NCBI RefSeq assembly: GCF_016433145.1
Contig: NC_058132.1
Location: 140,995,284 to 141,059,283 of the forward strand
Length of the DNA: 64,000 nucleotides
Direction: 5' to 3'
From: Gracilinanus agilis
Lineage: Eukaryota
In this document: piece after piece, positions 1 through 12,427 of the stretch
How the letters are laid out: every line of letters begins with the position of its first letter
Numbering within the stretch: the stretch's first letter is position 1
Program-made: the position numbers and the translations under genes
The notes under the pieces: model-generated
Told to the model about the DNA's origin: nothing
Database searches by the model: none
What the model saw: only the letters and a program-made list of their open reading frames with translations

Positions 1-590
1 GCGTGAGGGATGTTTGAGGATTTTTGAGGAAGGAGGGTGCAGGGATAACTTCTCTATCCACTATGAACCCCACAACAAGAGGGCAGATGTGGTTTCTTCT
101 GTAGCTTTGACTCAGAAGCTCACTCTCCCTCCCCTCCCAATATCCTGTCCTTAACGCTAGCTAACAAACAGGGGAATAACTGCCAGGAAGGGGTATAAGA
201 GGGACCAAGGAAGGGTCCCCCAAGTGCCTTCTCCCTCGGTAGTCCGGGCACTACTGCCAACTATGAAGCACGACGCGACTCTTTCGGTTTCTTCTTTGTT
301 GGCAATGAAGTCAGTAAAGAAAGGTTTTGCTGTTGAAATCTCCAGGTTGCCCCTGAATTTTGGGTTCAGAAGAGCTAAATTCCTGTCCAGAACCTCCCAG
401 CCACCCACAACCATCCACCCCACCAAGCCCAGCTGAGACTTGAAAGTCCTCTCGGGAGTTTTTGGCAGTTGGTTGTTGGCAGTTTCGAATCTTCAGAATT
501 TTCACCAAACTCCCTCCTTCACTGGCCCCTCCCAAATGGAATTCTCTCAGATTTCCACGGGGTCAGCTTCCAGTCCAATTCAAAGATGAG
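1..590 (+). mobile_element. ERV LTR-like element, truncated by the window start
   Basis: TATAA at 194, AGTAAA at 313, ends ...CAATTACA abutting an L2 tail, residual CpGs. Confidence 0.5.
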
Positions 591-900
591 AGCTTAGTGA
601 TCCTTGATTTACCCCCAAACCACAATTACATTAGTCAATAAGCATGTACTAGGTGCTCTATGCTAAGCAATGGGAAGAACAAAGAAAGGCTAGACAGTTT
701 CTGCTCTCAAGGGACCTACAGTCTAATGAGGGAGACAACATGTAAACAGCTATGTACAAATAAGTAAATATACAAGATAAAATAGATATAAACATCAGAG
801 AGAAGGCACCAGAGTTAAGGCTAATTAGGAAAGGCTTCTGGTAGAAGGTGAGATTTTTAGCTGGGACTTAAAGGAATTCAGGTAAGGCAAAAGAGATGGG
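591..900 (-). mobile_element. L2 LINE 3' end
   Basis: TCAATAAGCAT...CTGCTCTCAAGG...CAGTCTAATG...GAGACAACATG pattern typical of an antisense L2 3' end. Confidence 0.7.
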
Positions 901-1371
901 AATGAGATGGGAAAGAATTCCAGGCATGGCTACAATGGGGCAAGGAGTGGTGGAACAGAGGATCATCCTTTATGATAAAGAGTAAGAAAAAACTAAAAAA
1001 GGTAGTTTATCAAAACTAAGGAAGACACAAACCAAATTTGACATTATATTCAGTTATATTCTGTGCTCATACTCACTCTTTAAAAAAAGATAAGGAAGCT
1101 CATTTTCATCTCTTCTTTGGGGCTAAACTCCATCATTAGAATTTCATAGCTCTGATTTCCAATGGTTTAAATGTTCTTTCAGTCAATTAACCTTTATTAA
1201 GCATCCACTATGTGCCAGCACTGTAGATCTCAGTCTAGCAGGAAACAATATGAAAACCAGTAAGTACAAATTAGATATATACAAGACTAATTAGTTATAG
1301 TCTCAGAGGGAGGGTTTTAAGATTAGGGAGGACTGGGAAAGACTTATTGAAGGAGATGAGACTTTAGTTAG

Positions 1372-1620
1372 TAGCTAGTTGGCATTGCAGTGCACAAAGC
1401 CCTGGGCCTAGAATCAGGAACCCCCCCCCCCCCAGTCCAGATCTGTCCTCAGACACATTTATTTGTGTGACCCTGGACAAGTCACTTAACTTCTGTGTAC
1501 CTCAGGCTACTCAGCTGTAAAATGGGATTAATAATAGTCCCTACCTCGAATATTGCATTTAGCACAGGGTATGGTAAATAATAGGATCTATATGAATGCT
1601 TATTCCTTTCCCTTGGTGAG
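1372..1620 (+). mobile_element. MIR/CORE-SINE
   Basis: CORE motif GTGTGACCCTGGACAAGTCACTTAAC...CTGTAAAATGGG. Confidence 0.75.
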
Positions 1621-1860
1621 GCTTAAAGGAAGCCAGGGAAGTTAGATGAGAGAGAGAGCATTCCAGGCATTTAGAATAGCCAGGAAAATCAGATGACTAG
1701 TTTTCTGATGTGACTGGAAAAATCATCTGCTGCCAACATTTCTGACTATAATTGATTTCCTGTGTCTTCTCCATATTTCTAATTTGTATTACAATTGTTT
1801 ATGTACATATTTTATTCCTCTAATAAATCATAAGCCTTTTGAGAGTTCAGACATGTTGCT

Positions 1861-2225
1861 TTCCTTCCTTCCTTCCTTCCTTCCTTCCTTCCTTCCTTCC
1901 TTCCTTCCTTCCTTCCTTCCTTTCTCCNNNNNNNNNNNNNNNNNNNNNNNNNNNNNNNNNNNNNNNNNNNNNNNNNNNNNNNNNNNNNNNNNNNNNNNNN
2001 NNNNNNNNNNNNNNNNNNNNNNNNNNNNNNNNNNNNNNNNNNNNNNNNNNNNNNNNNNNNNNNNNNNNNNNNNNNNNNNNNNNNNNNNNNNNNNNNNNNN
2101 NNNNNNNNNNNNNNNNNNNNNNNNNNNNNNNNNNNNNNNNNNNNNNNNNNNNNNNNNNNNNNNNNNNNNNNNNNNNNNNNNNNNNNNNNNNNNNNNNNNN
2201 NNNNNNNNNNNNNNNNNNNNNNNNN

Positions 2226-2261
<36 letters not shown>

Positions 2262-2270
2262 TTTCTTTCT
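1861..2270. repeat. (CCTT)n/(CTTT)n microsatellite spanning an assembly gap (N at 1928-2225)
   Basis: Directly visible. Confidence 0.95.
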
Positions 2271-2271
2271 T

Positions 2272-2478
2272 CCTTTCCCCTTACCTCCTGTCAGAATCAA
2301 TGATGTGTGTTGATTCCAAGACAGAAGAGCAGTAAGGGCTAGGCAATGGGAGGTAGGGGAGGAGGGAAGTGACTTGCCCAGGATCACACAGCTAGGAAGT
2401 GTCTGAGGTTAAATTTGAATATAGGACCTCCCATCTCTAGGCCTGGCTCTCAGTCCACTGAGCCACTTAGCTACCCCT
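2272..2478 (-). mobile_element. SINE1_Mdo-type tRNA-derived SINE
   Basis: Reverse complement of the GGGGTAGCTAAGTGGCTCAGTGG head, CORE domain and the characteristic 3' region. Confidence 0.85.
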
Positions 2479-2964
2479 GGACATACTGGTTTTCAACGTT
2501 GTACTCTCTGTCTAGCAAATTGCCTTGCAACTAAACAATGTTGAATTGAACTGAGCCTAAGACCTACTGTCAACAAAATGTACAATAGGGACACAGATAT
2601 CCATTAATTCAGGTGAAGGAATTGTGCTTTAGAGACAGGTGCTTAGGGAGGATGGCTACTTCAAGAACTTCCCAGTATGGGATGGGAGAGAGCAGCCTCT
2701 GTGGGGTCAGGTGGCTGTAGAGACTAGGAAGCCAATTAGAAATGACCTTAATCTCATGAAATCCTGATGCTGGTGGGCCAACTAGGTTGGAATTAGGCAG
2801 ACACACGTAAAATTAGGTCAGGTTATACTCTGAAACTTTTATGTATAAAATACTTATCTGCTTCTAGCTTGCACATTAAAGTTCTCATATCATGATTAAG
2901 AGAATTTTGCAGTCTGAATGACTAGACAGACATGTAATATATTGATGACCTACTTCATTACTGG

Positions 2965-3190
2965 ATTCAGTGGATAGAGTGCTGGGTCAGAAGTTAGAAA
3001 GACTCATCTTCCTGAGTTCAAATTTGGCCTCAGACACTTACTTGCTGTGTGACCCTAGGCAAGTCACTTCATCCTGTCTGCCTCAGTTTCCTCATCTGTA
3101 AAATAAGCTGGAAAAGGAAATGGCAAGCTGCTCTAGTATCTTTGCCAGAAAAACTACAAACGGAATCATGAAAAGTTGGACACAACTGAA
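2965..3190 (+). mobile_element. Mar1-type SINE (CORE plus RTE-like tail)
   Basis: CORE followed by GGAAATGGCAA...CTAGTATCTTTGCC...GGACACAACTGAA. Confidence 0.8.
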
Positions 3191-5418
3191 CACCAATAAG
3201 AAATATATAAAGGGACTAGGAGAAAGTCCTGAGGTCATGATCAACTGATCATTTATGACTTATATAGTTGTGGCACAAATGATTAGCAGTGAGCATTCTG
3301 GGAGGATTCTTCAGAGGCCTTCCTTTCTAATTTTGTCACAGAATCAACAGTGGTAAGGCCAGTTTGGATATTTCAGAATTTATTTTTTTGGCTGCTGCTA
3401 TCTTTTCTACAGCAAGAAGGTTATGACAAGTTTTATAACTCCAAAGCCTATTACTTGGGCTTAGAAAGAGACTAATACATTCAAACATTGGGGAAACATC
3501 AGGGAAAAAATGTTAAGGAATTAACTTGAATATGCTTTGGAAGTATTAAGATAGTTTGGGACTGGTGAAAACTTGCTATTTCAATGCTGAAGTTACTACC
3601 TCTATATCAGAAATAATATGTGAGCCAGTGAATCATATTGCCAGAAGCCATGGAATTACAGGATTTGGGATCTGGAAGGGAATTGAGATGAATTAACTCA
3701 TAAGCAAAGCATTTAACCAATGAACAGAGAAGAAATGAAGGGAGAATGAGTGACTTGTCATGTGTGACAAGGTCATGCTTCTTAGCAGCAGAATTTGAAC
3801 TTGAATCTGTCATCTTACTCTTAATTTAGTGTTTTTCAGATACTTTGATCTTATTCCTTAATCACCATTTACTTTTTTAATTATTTAAGCAACTCTTGTC
3901 ATCATTTATAACATTTTGGGATGATCTGTAGGTGCTTAGAAAGGAAAGGATGGTCTCTACAAGTTGCATACCTAGTTTCATTTCTTTTCTTTTCTTTTTT
4001 TTGACAGAATTTATGACTGGTAAATCAGAAGGTTTTTTCCCTTGGCACAGCACACTTGGATTTCTTTGTTTCGTGGGTAGCATGCTGAGTAAAACCATGC
4101 TGTACTATATAATCAACAAAGGACTAGGAAGAATAGAAGTGAAGAATGTCATCAAAGAATTGTATGACAGAAGGAGAAAGAATACTAATAAGTAGAGAGC
4201 TGGAGTGCCCTTTAGTTCCCTTGTGATGTCAGGAGGAAGCAAGGACTTCCTGTGGTGAGCCTTTACGATGAACTTTTATGGGACATGAATGAGAATCACA
4301 TAGGATGGCAGGCAAGGATAAGTTGTGATATCCATCATTTGAGAAAGCATGCACATAGATGAAGTTATGGGTTCGTTTGAGTATTTCAGTTAGTCAGCAA
4401 ATTCCATATAGTTAAATGTAAAGTTCTAGGCTTGGATATAAAATAAATGAATTACATAAAGACAGGAGAGCATGGATCAGTGACAGTTAATGTGAATAAG
4501 ACTTAGAGAGCTAGTGGGCTTCAATTTTAGTCAGCACTATGACATGATAGTCAAAGGTAAAAAACCTAATACCAATAAGGAAGGAGGTAAGAGTCCTTCA
4601 GTGGTTAGAAAACTACTGTTATATTTCATTTCTGGGTGCCACATTTTAGGAAGGAGATGAATGAGGTAGAGCAAGGAGAAGGAGAGCAGGATGGCAAAGC
4701 AATTTGTGACCAAGTTATATGAGGATCAGCTGAAGGAAAAAAGAATTTTGATAACTGTTGTCATCCAAACCATATCTGCCCATCTTTCCCACAAAGTTAT
4801 CAAGAAATAACGTTCAGTTGTTTGCTAAAATCCAGGTAAAGCATTTTCCTAATTTACTAATGTGGTAACCTTATAACTATCTCTCTCTGTATCCATCTAC
4901 ATGTATGTATGTATCTCTCTATGTATCTGTTATTTATCTATGTATCTATCTCTATGTATCTATTATTTTGGAGATCAGAAGACTTGTTGATAGTGTGTGT
5001 GTGTACACGTGTGTGTGTGTGTATTGATTATATTCCACATGTATTTGAAAAGTAGTTAATTTATAGATATTCAATTTGCATTATTCTACTTGTCTGTCTA
5101 CATTACCCTATGGTTGAAGTCATCTATTAGCTCCCAGGTTACCTTTCTCCTTTCTCAAGGAATCCAGTATTTAGTTCAAAGTCTTCCTCTCCATGTTAAC
5201 CCCTATTTGCCCTTATACTTGGGAATGTTAAATACTGATGTCCTCTCAAATATCTTGGCCTCTAAGTTTATTTATTACTATCATGACTTACATCTTTATT
5301 CCTTGTAAGCCATACATGGTAATGGTCATACATTTGATTTCAACCCCTTTGTAGGTATTCTTCATTAACCTCCTGCTCTTGTTTACTGATTTATCTTATC
5401 CATAAAAATCACCTTGAT

Positions 5419-5600
5419 GGGGGCAGCTCGTTAGTCAGACCTAGAGATGGGAGGTCTTGAGTTCAAATTTGACCTCAGACATATCTTAGCTGTGTGATCA
5501 TTGGCAAATCATTTAACCTCAATTACCTAGCCCTTACCATTCTTTTGCCTTGGAACCAATACTCAGTATTGATTCTGAAATGGAAAGTAAAGGTTTAAAA
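5419..5600 (+). mobile_element. SINE1_Mdo-type SINE with a small deletion in the head
   Basis: GGGGGCAGCT head and GGTTTAAAAA tail. Imperfect TSD AAAAATCACCTTGATG / AAAAATCATCCAGATG. Confidence 0.85.
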
Positions 5601-7063
5601 AATCATCCAGATGTGAGGAGCATGAAAATAATCCCTGAGTAATTTGTTCTATAAGGCTTAAGCCTTATAATACTTAACCCTAGAGAGAGGTTGAGGTAAA
5701 AAAGCTAGTCCTTGAAATAATAATAATAAAAAAAGGCTTCAGAGTTCATATTTTTTGTCTAGTTGCAGGTTATTAGACTTTTTCTCATAATAACCTGCTC
5801 CCCAGACCCATGCTTTCCAGACTCATCTAGTTTACCTATTACAATCATCTTCTTTCTTAAAAGCAGCAGTGAAAATCACATAAAGAGGTTTTTTTTCCTC
5901 TTTCATAATAAGTTTTCTGTGGTTTAAGACAGTAATTAGAGGCAGTGGATGCCAACAGCCCTCCCCTCTAAGATAATCATCTGAGAAGTGGTTATTACAT
6001 GTCCTTTTATCTCTCTAAAATAATTACTGGAGGGAGAGGTCATTTCTTTGAAAGTCTAAAGATCACGTCTCAATAAAAACCATGCAAAGATATATATGAA
6101 AACATCCTCAATATCTCTACTTTTTTGAGTCACTATATTCCTCTATGGGCAGTATGGTTATATGTAAATATCTATAAGTACACATACAAAAATTTATATA
6201 TATGCACAAACATAACATTATATATAATCTGTTGATCCTTATAATACTGTGAAGTATGTAATATATGACATATTTATATGTATACATTATATGTATATGT
6301 GTGTCTGTGTATGTTTATATATAGAGAGAATAGAACTTGGACTTTGTAGCTTACTGAATTTTTATAGTTATGCTTGGTTTAACTCCCTGGGATCTCTCTG
6401 ATATATCTGCCCCCCCCCCTTTCCTAGTTTCCTTTTATGTGATATCTTCCTACATAAGACTGTAAGCTCCTTGAGGATAGGAACTATCATTCTTTTTCTT
6501 CTTCATATCCCCAGTGTTTAGCACATAATAGATGCTGAATAAATGTTTACTGAATTAAATTAAATATGGATATATAGATAGATAGATAAATGTTTATATT
6601 GTGTGTATGTTATATGTGCACACATAAAAATTTTTTCTCACAGAACCAATAGAGTTGTTATGGGGATCAAATGAGATGATGGATCTAGAATACTTTGTAA
6701 ACCTTAAAGTGCTAAATAAATTCATCTTTTATTATTATATTAATTTTATTTTGATTAAGAGTTTTCTTTTCTCAGTCCTGCTGAGCATGCCAGAGCAATT
6801 TCATGTTCCTCCCCCTCCTGTCCCTGGAAAGAAGCTTTAAATTCCTGATTTTGTTTTGTGTTTAGTAATATTTCTTTTTTTTATGTTAAACTAGTTTAAT
6901 CCAAAGTAGGAGGAAAGCAAATTATGTAAGATCTCCTTTCTTATAGATGTATTTAACTAGCATTTACTAAAATAGGAAATGATTCTTGGCCATTACATCA
7001 ATTAATTTCTTTTAAGCCCCATATATATAAATATGTATACACACACACACACACAAATACTTT

Positions 7064-7603
7064 TGGCATGGGAATTGTACCCCCTTAACCCAGGCAAACT
7101 GTAAACAAGGAAATTCCCTTGCTCCTTTCTGTTCTTGAGACTCCTAACCCAAGAACATCTGATAACTTCTATAAGACCCTGAGATTATTATCATCTTTGG
7201 ATCGTCCTTTAGATTGAGATGGATATAGTGATGCACCTCCAGGCTACACCATGATACCATCGGGCTGTATCTCAGGCATCCATCTGTTCCCTAAACTATG
7301 AGGGTCTTTAGGCTGACCCTGGTCAGATGACCAAACACCCCACCAAATGCCTGAGTGTTTACCAGTCTAGAATCCTGTCCACACCATGACACAACATCAC
7401 TGTTGTAAAGAATATAAAAACCCCCAAACTGAAGCATTCTGAGAGCAACTACCAGGGTTGTTCTATTCGTGTTGTCTTGCTGGCCAAAATTCTACATTAC
7501 TAATAAATCTCTCTTTTTACTTTTAAGCAAAGTTTTGGAGTCTTTCATTCTTGCAAAAGGTATCCTTCCCGAACCCAGGGATTCACTATTACACCCCACA
7601 ACA
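7064..7603 (+). mobile_element. Solo ERV LTR (540 bp)
   Basis: TG...CCCCACAACA ends, 4-bp TSD CTTT (7060-7063 and 7604-7607), TATAAAA at 7413, AATAAA at 7502. Confidence 0.8.
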
Positions 7604-9233
7604 CTTTTATTTATGATTTTATTTAGGAAGAAAAAATTTTGTATTAGAATAGAACACATATATCTGTATGTATTTCTTTATATTTTGGCTTTGTTAAAAA
7701 CACTTTAGTGATTTTTGTTTATCATCAATCTTGAATAAACATAAATGATCAAGTCTCCATTTGCTCCCATTGTTGACAAAAATTAAGGCTCATAAATAAA
7801 GCACATTTCTGGGAAAGAAAATTCTTCTCCTAACCTGAGTCTAAAGGAAGATAAGAGTATTTCTCCATAGTATCAGGCTCCAAGACTGCTATAAATTTAT
7901 GTTTAATTTGGACTCCATTAAGCCCCATATGATAATAGATTTCAGAAATAGGGTTAGATAGTAATTTCATAGCTCCTATGAGGAAGCAAGGCTTACAGTT
8001 TACATAAGAAAGGTCTAAAAGCCTCCTTTTAGGTTACTGCTTTTTTTTTTTTTTTTGTGAAACTGCATGCCAACAGTTAGGGTCAGTAGTAGGTCAGATA
8101 CACCAGGTTTGGTGGAATATACCCCAGTTAGAAATGCCCCAGACCTAAATCCTATTTCTTCCTCTATTCCTTCTTTATTGAGAAAATAAATGGCAAGCAC
8201 CATGCTCCTTTTCCTCCTTTTACACTTCAGTTCTTTTCCTCATCTTTGCCCATTGTGTCTTCTTTTGTTCCAATTTCTGATGAAGAGGTAGTTCTATTCT
8301 TGGCCAAGGCCAGCACCTGTGTTTAGGTCTTTCATCCCTTTCCCTTCTGTGTTCCAGAAATTTGCTCATGATTGATTTCCAATTAAAAGTAAGCAGGGTT
8401 TTTCATTAAGATATCTTGCAACATTCCAACTTTTACACATCACTACATTCCTCTATAGGCAAATGATTCACATTCTAGTTCCAATTAACCACATAGATTA
8501 GCTTTTGCAAAGGAATATTTCCTTCAAAGATGTAACATGAGAAAACATATTTCCTAGCACCTGAGAATACAATGCCTTCTATACACCTTAGGCTCTAGAA
8601 GGGATGAAGATTAGGGTCACAGATTAGCTCAGTTCTTACATAGCAGGAATTCCATCAAGTTCAAGTCAATCCTGAACTATTGCTGGGCTGGTTGAAACTC
8701 TAGCCAGGAACCCTGGACTCTAAAGCCCCTATGGCTCATGTTTCTGGATCTGGAATTCCACTTCTTATACCTAGAACTGAAAAGGATAAATGAAACAGAC
8801 CAAAACCCTAAGCCCATTTCTTGGAACCACAATGGCCTATGGAATAGAGGGACGTATGCTACTCCACCCCCTTTCCTCCTTATTTCATATTGTCATCTAC
8901 TGTGAAGGAAAGAATCCTACCCTAGTTGCAAATGCTAGAGAAAAAAGGGCAACTGTATTTAGTACAGTAGATTTAAAGACGCATAATTCTGACTTTATAG
9001 TCAATATAAAAGGTTGTTCCCAACCTCACTGTAGTCAATTCAGAATGTTTCAGGTATGCTCTGATTTTCCTGATTCTCAGAAGCAGGTCCCAAGTATCTT
9101 CCACATGAGTGACATAATTTTCATTGGTCTGAGTATTTGCCAAACCTTCATTACAGATGTGTTCCCAGCACTCGGCGTGGTACCTGGCATATAGTAAACC
9201 CAACTTAATAAATGCTTTGCTCTTGATTGATTT

Positions 9234-9476
9234 TGTGACACCTCTATCTTAATTCTTCTACCTTCTTGACTGCTCTTTCTCAGACTCTTCTCTTGGATCA
9301 TCATCAATTCCAGTTTATATTCCCAGTGATTACGGAATCTCAATCTCCTTTTCCACAGAGTAGTTTAGATCTTGAGAACCTCTAGACTCAGAATTCTAAA
9401 AGGGAAAATAATCAGCTCCATAACCCAACCTAACCTAATTCCAAGATGCTTTCCTGGGCCTTTTTCTCTAACTACA
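9234..9476 (-). mobile_element. Short LTR-like element
   Basis: TG...CA ends and a minus-strand TATA-like AATATAAA. Shares about 90 bp (…AGAATTCTAAAAGGGAAAATAAT) with 22345-22432. Confidence 0.45.
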
Positions 9477-11249
9477 TTCTTTCCCTTGGTGAATTTTTGG
9501 ATATAGTTCCAAATTGCTTATGAATAGTTTGATCATTTCAGAGTTCTACCAATAGTGCATTTGTCTTCTCAAATCTCCTCAAAAAATGACTCTTCCATTT
9601 TTTGGTCATTTTTACTAATCTGATGGTAGTCTTTGATCATTTAATCTATTGGGGAATAGTTCTTATTCTTGTATATTTGTATTGATTGCCTACATGTTTT
9701 GGATATTAGACCTTTAGTAGAGAAATTTGCTTCAAAGATTGTTTTTTCAGTTAGCTGCTTACTTTCTAATTTTAATTGCATGAATTTTGTTTTTTTTCAG
9801 TTTTGTAGCCTACTTTTTCAGGCCTTTTACCCCATTAAAATGCTATTGATATTTTTTGATTTTACATTATCTATATTTCCCAATATAGTCTTCCTTTTCC
9901 CTATACCTTAGCAGAAAACTATTCAAAGAATAAAAGAGAAAAAAAATAACAGTTCAGTAAAACAAATTGAATATAAACCAAGTTTCTTTCAAAGGAGGAA
10001 GGAGGTCTAGGCTTATTTCTTCATTCCCCTTATTTCACTCTATGTGCCACTGATATTTGACATTCACTACACTGGCATTCCATTTTCTACCTTGCAGCTA
10101 CATAATATATTCCCTCACTTCTACCTCCAAGATTTCATAGATATCTCCAGACAGCACTCATGAACCATTTACTATAGATTTTCTCAACTTGATTGTTAGT
10201 TGATTTCTCCTTCCTCAAATATTCTTGCAAATGTGTGTTGAGTAGGGAATATGAAGGACAATAGTGCCAGTGAGGTTAGATAAAGTGGTTGGAGCTAAAT
10301 GGTAGTAGAGGGCTTTGAAGGTCAAGCTAAAGAGCTTTTATTTTATTTAACAGGCACTGAAAGAATCACTGAATACTTTTTTTGTAGGGGAATGGTATGA
10401 TCTAGAGAATGTACATTAGGAAGACTAATCTGGCAATGGCGTATAGATGGTTTAAGGGGAAGATACTGGAGAAAAGAAGATAGGTTAGATTAAATATCAA
10501 ATCAAAAACAATTTATGGATTTATTACTAGGTGTAAAGTACTTTGCTAGACGCTATTTTTTTTTTTTTTTACCCCTCAGGCCATTTTTTTTTCTCTAGTG
10601 GAATCCATCTACTATGTTATAATGGAAGTCAAAATGGAAATTGACTTTTTAGCAAACATTGAAAATCTTTGGTCCATTAATTTGGGGAAAGTGGTTCAAT
10701 TTAGTACAGCCTCTAATATAACAGACATTAGAACTTAGCCTTGATCACCCCCACTTACTTCTGTAAAATAATATTTAAAAATAACTCTAATCTTTTTTAA
10801 AAATAGGAATTTATTGGATAATTTTAAGTAAGCTTATTTCCTGAAACAAGAAAAAATTAAAGCTGAGCTGCCTGAAATGACAGGTAGGTTTTCAATTTCA
10901 AGTGACACATTTTAAAAATAGAAATGAGAAAACAGTTCTACTAGTTTACACTCTGGTATACTTCTCACAAAACTTGTCTATTTTTTCTCTCACTTCCCAG
11001 TCTTATCAACTTCCTTTTGTCTCCCTCGGTAATATTATCTTTGTTGGGTCTCATCCCATTCTTCTCTTTGCAATTCTTGCTGTCTGAAAAAGTATATTTA
11101 GAGAGTATATTTATAAGCATCATCAAAATTCATACCCAACAGGCAGGCTGTCTTTTTGCAGATTACTTACCCTTCCTCTTACATCACCGAGCTAAATATA
11201 TATGTATATATCGAGTCTTTACTTTTCTCTAATTCTTTCTTTGGTATTG

Positions 11250-11360
11250 TACTTTGGGGAAATCATTTGTACTCTCTGGCCTCAGTTTCCCCAACTGTAA
11301 AATAAGGGAATAGGACTTTGAAGTCTTACAAGATCTCTTCTAACTTTAATACTGTGTTCC
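11250..11360 (+). mobile_element. MIR fragment just upstream of the CpG island
   Basis: GGCCTCAGTTTCCCCAACTGTAAAATAAGG CORE motif. Confidence 0.65.
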
Positions 11361-12365
11361 CGTGTAGCTTTCGACCCTCGTACGCCGTTTTGAAAGAAAA
11401 ACTAGACTTTGCAAATGATTTGGGTCACTTTGCTAACAAGGTGAGTTTTTCCCCATTCCCACCCCAAGGAACGGAAGGGCAAGTTTTGTCCCTGACTCTT
11501 CTCAGACACTACCCTTGGGGCAAGGGTGGGTTGGAAGTTTAGCCCCCAAATCCCACCTTGGGGTCTGAATTGCCCAAGTGAATCAGGCAAACACCCAACT
11601 TTCTATAACATCTTCCTAACTGTCTCGACCACCTCAGCTGCTCTGGCTTCCCGGACTCAAATCCTCGATTCTTAGAGAAGGGAAATGAGGGAACCTTTAG
11701 TAGAAGAGCACTAGGACCCGGAGGGAAGTGCCGATGGCGGAGGCTTCGCTCTTCCCCACCCCCTAAGGCCCTACCCCGCCACACGTTGGGGGCGGGGTTC
11801 TGAAGGCCCGTGGGGAGGAGGAGGAGGAAGAAGAGAAGTAGAGGGCGGTGCCTCGTGCGCGTGTGGCCGCTAGGGTTCCGCGGGCTGGTGGCTGGGGGCG
11901 GAGCTTGCTGGCTTCTAGCTGCGGGGCGGAGGCGGAGGAAGTGCCGGCCGCTCGGATTGTCGGTTCCCGGGGCGCGGCGAGTGGGTGGTGCCGGAGTTGC
12001 CTGGACAGGCCGGGCATTAGGGCCCCGGCGGAGCTCTCTCCCCAGTCCGTGCTGGGCGGGGTGCGAGGCGGGCAGGAGCGGGCCCCGGAGGCAGCGGCTG
12101 CGCTCTGAGCCGGGGAGGAGCCGCAGCCCGAGCCCGAGCCGGAGCCGGGGGCGGGGGCCGAGGCTGGGCTGCCGGAGCACTGGGGTCCGACGTTTGCTTG
12201 GGTTGGTCTTTGGGTCGGTCGGCCAGTCCTTCAGTCAGCCGGCTGGGCTGAGGCTGTTGGGCAGCCGGCGGTGAGGGCGGTGGCCCCCCTGCCCTGCTCC
12301 TCCTCCCCCGCGCCCGGTGCTCGGAGCCCGGCGCTGCTGCCGCCGCCGCTGTGATTGGGTGGAAG

Positions 12366-12392
12366 ATGGCGCTGGGCGGATGGAAATCCTAA
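12366..12392 (+). promoter_or_regulatory. Out-of-frame overlapping uORF (MALGGWKS*) spanning the USP12 start codon
   Basis: ATG GCG CTG GGC GGA TGG AAA TCC TAA, context AAGATGG. The stop TAA shares its last base with the in-frame Met5 ATG (12392-12394). Translation is not proven. Confidence 0.7.
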
Positions 12393-12427
12393 TGACAGTC
12401 TCCAAATTTGCTTCCATCTGTACCATG
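12380..12427 (+). CDS. USP12: Ubiquitin carboxyl-terminal hydrolase 12, first coding exon (16 codons, phase 0)
   Basis: Translates to MEILMTVSKFASICTM, the N-terminus I recognise from mammalian USP12 (paralog USP46 starts MTVRNIASICNM). Lies in a CpG island and is followed directly by donor GTAGGT at 12428-12433. Confidence 0.95.

Noticed and set aside
1784-2387. ORFs of 154-191 aa
   Set aside because: Produced by microsatellites and an N gap.
11539-12274. Long ORFs of 213 aa (-) and 154 aa (+) over the promoter
   Set aside because: GC-rich, stop-poor CpG island with low-complexity Arg/Pro/Gly translations and no recognisable domain.
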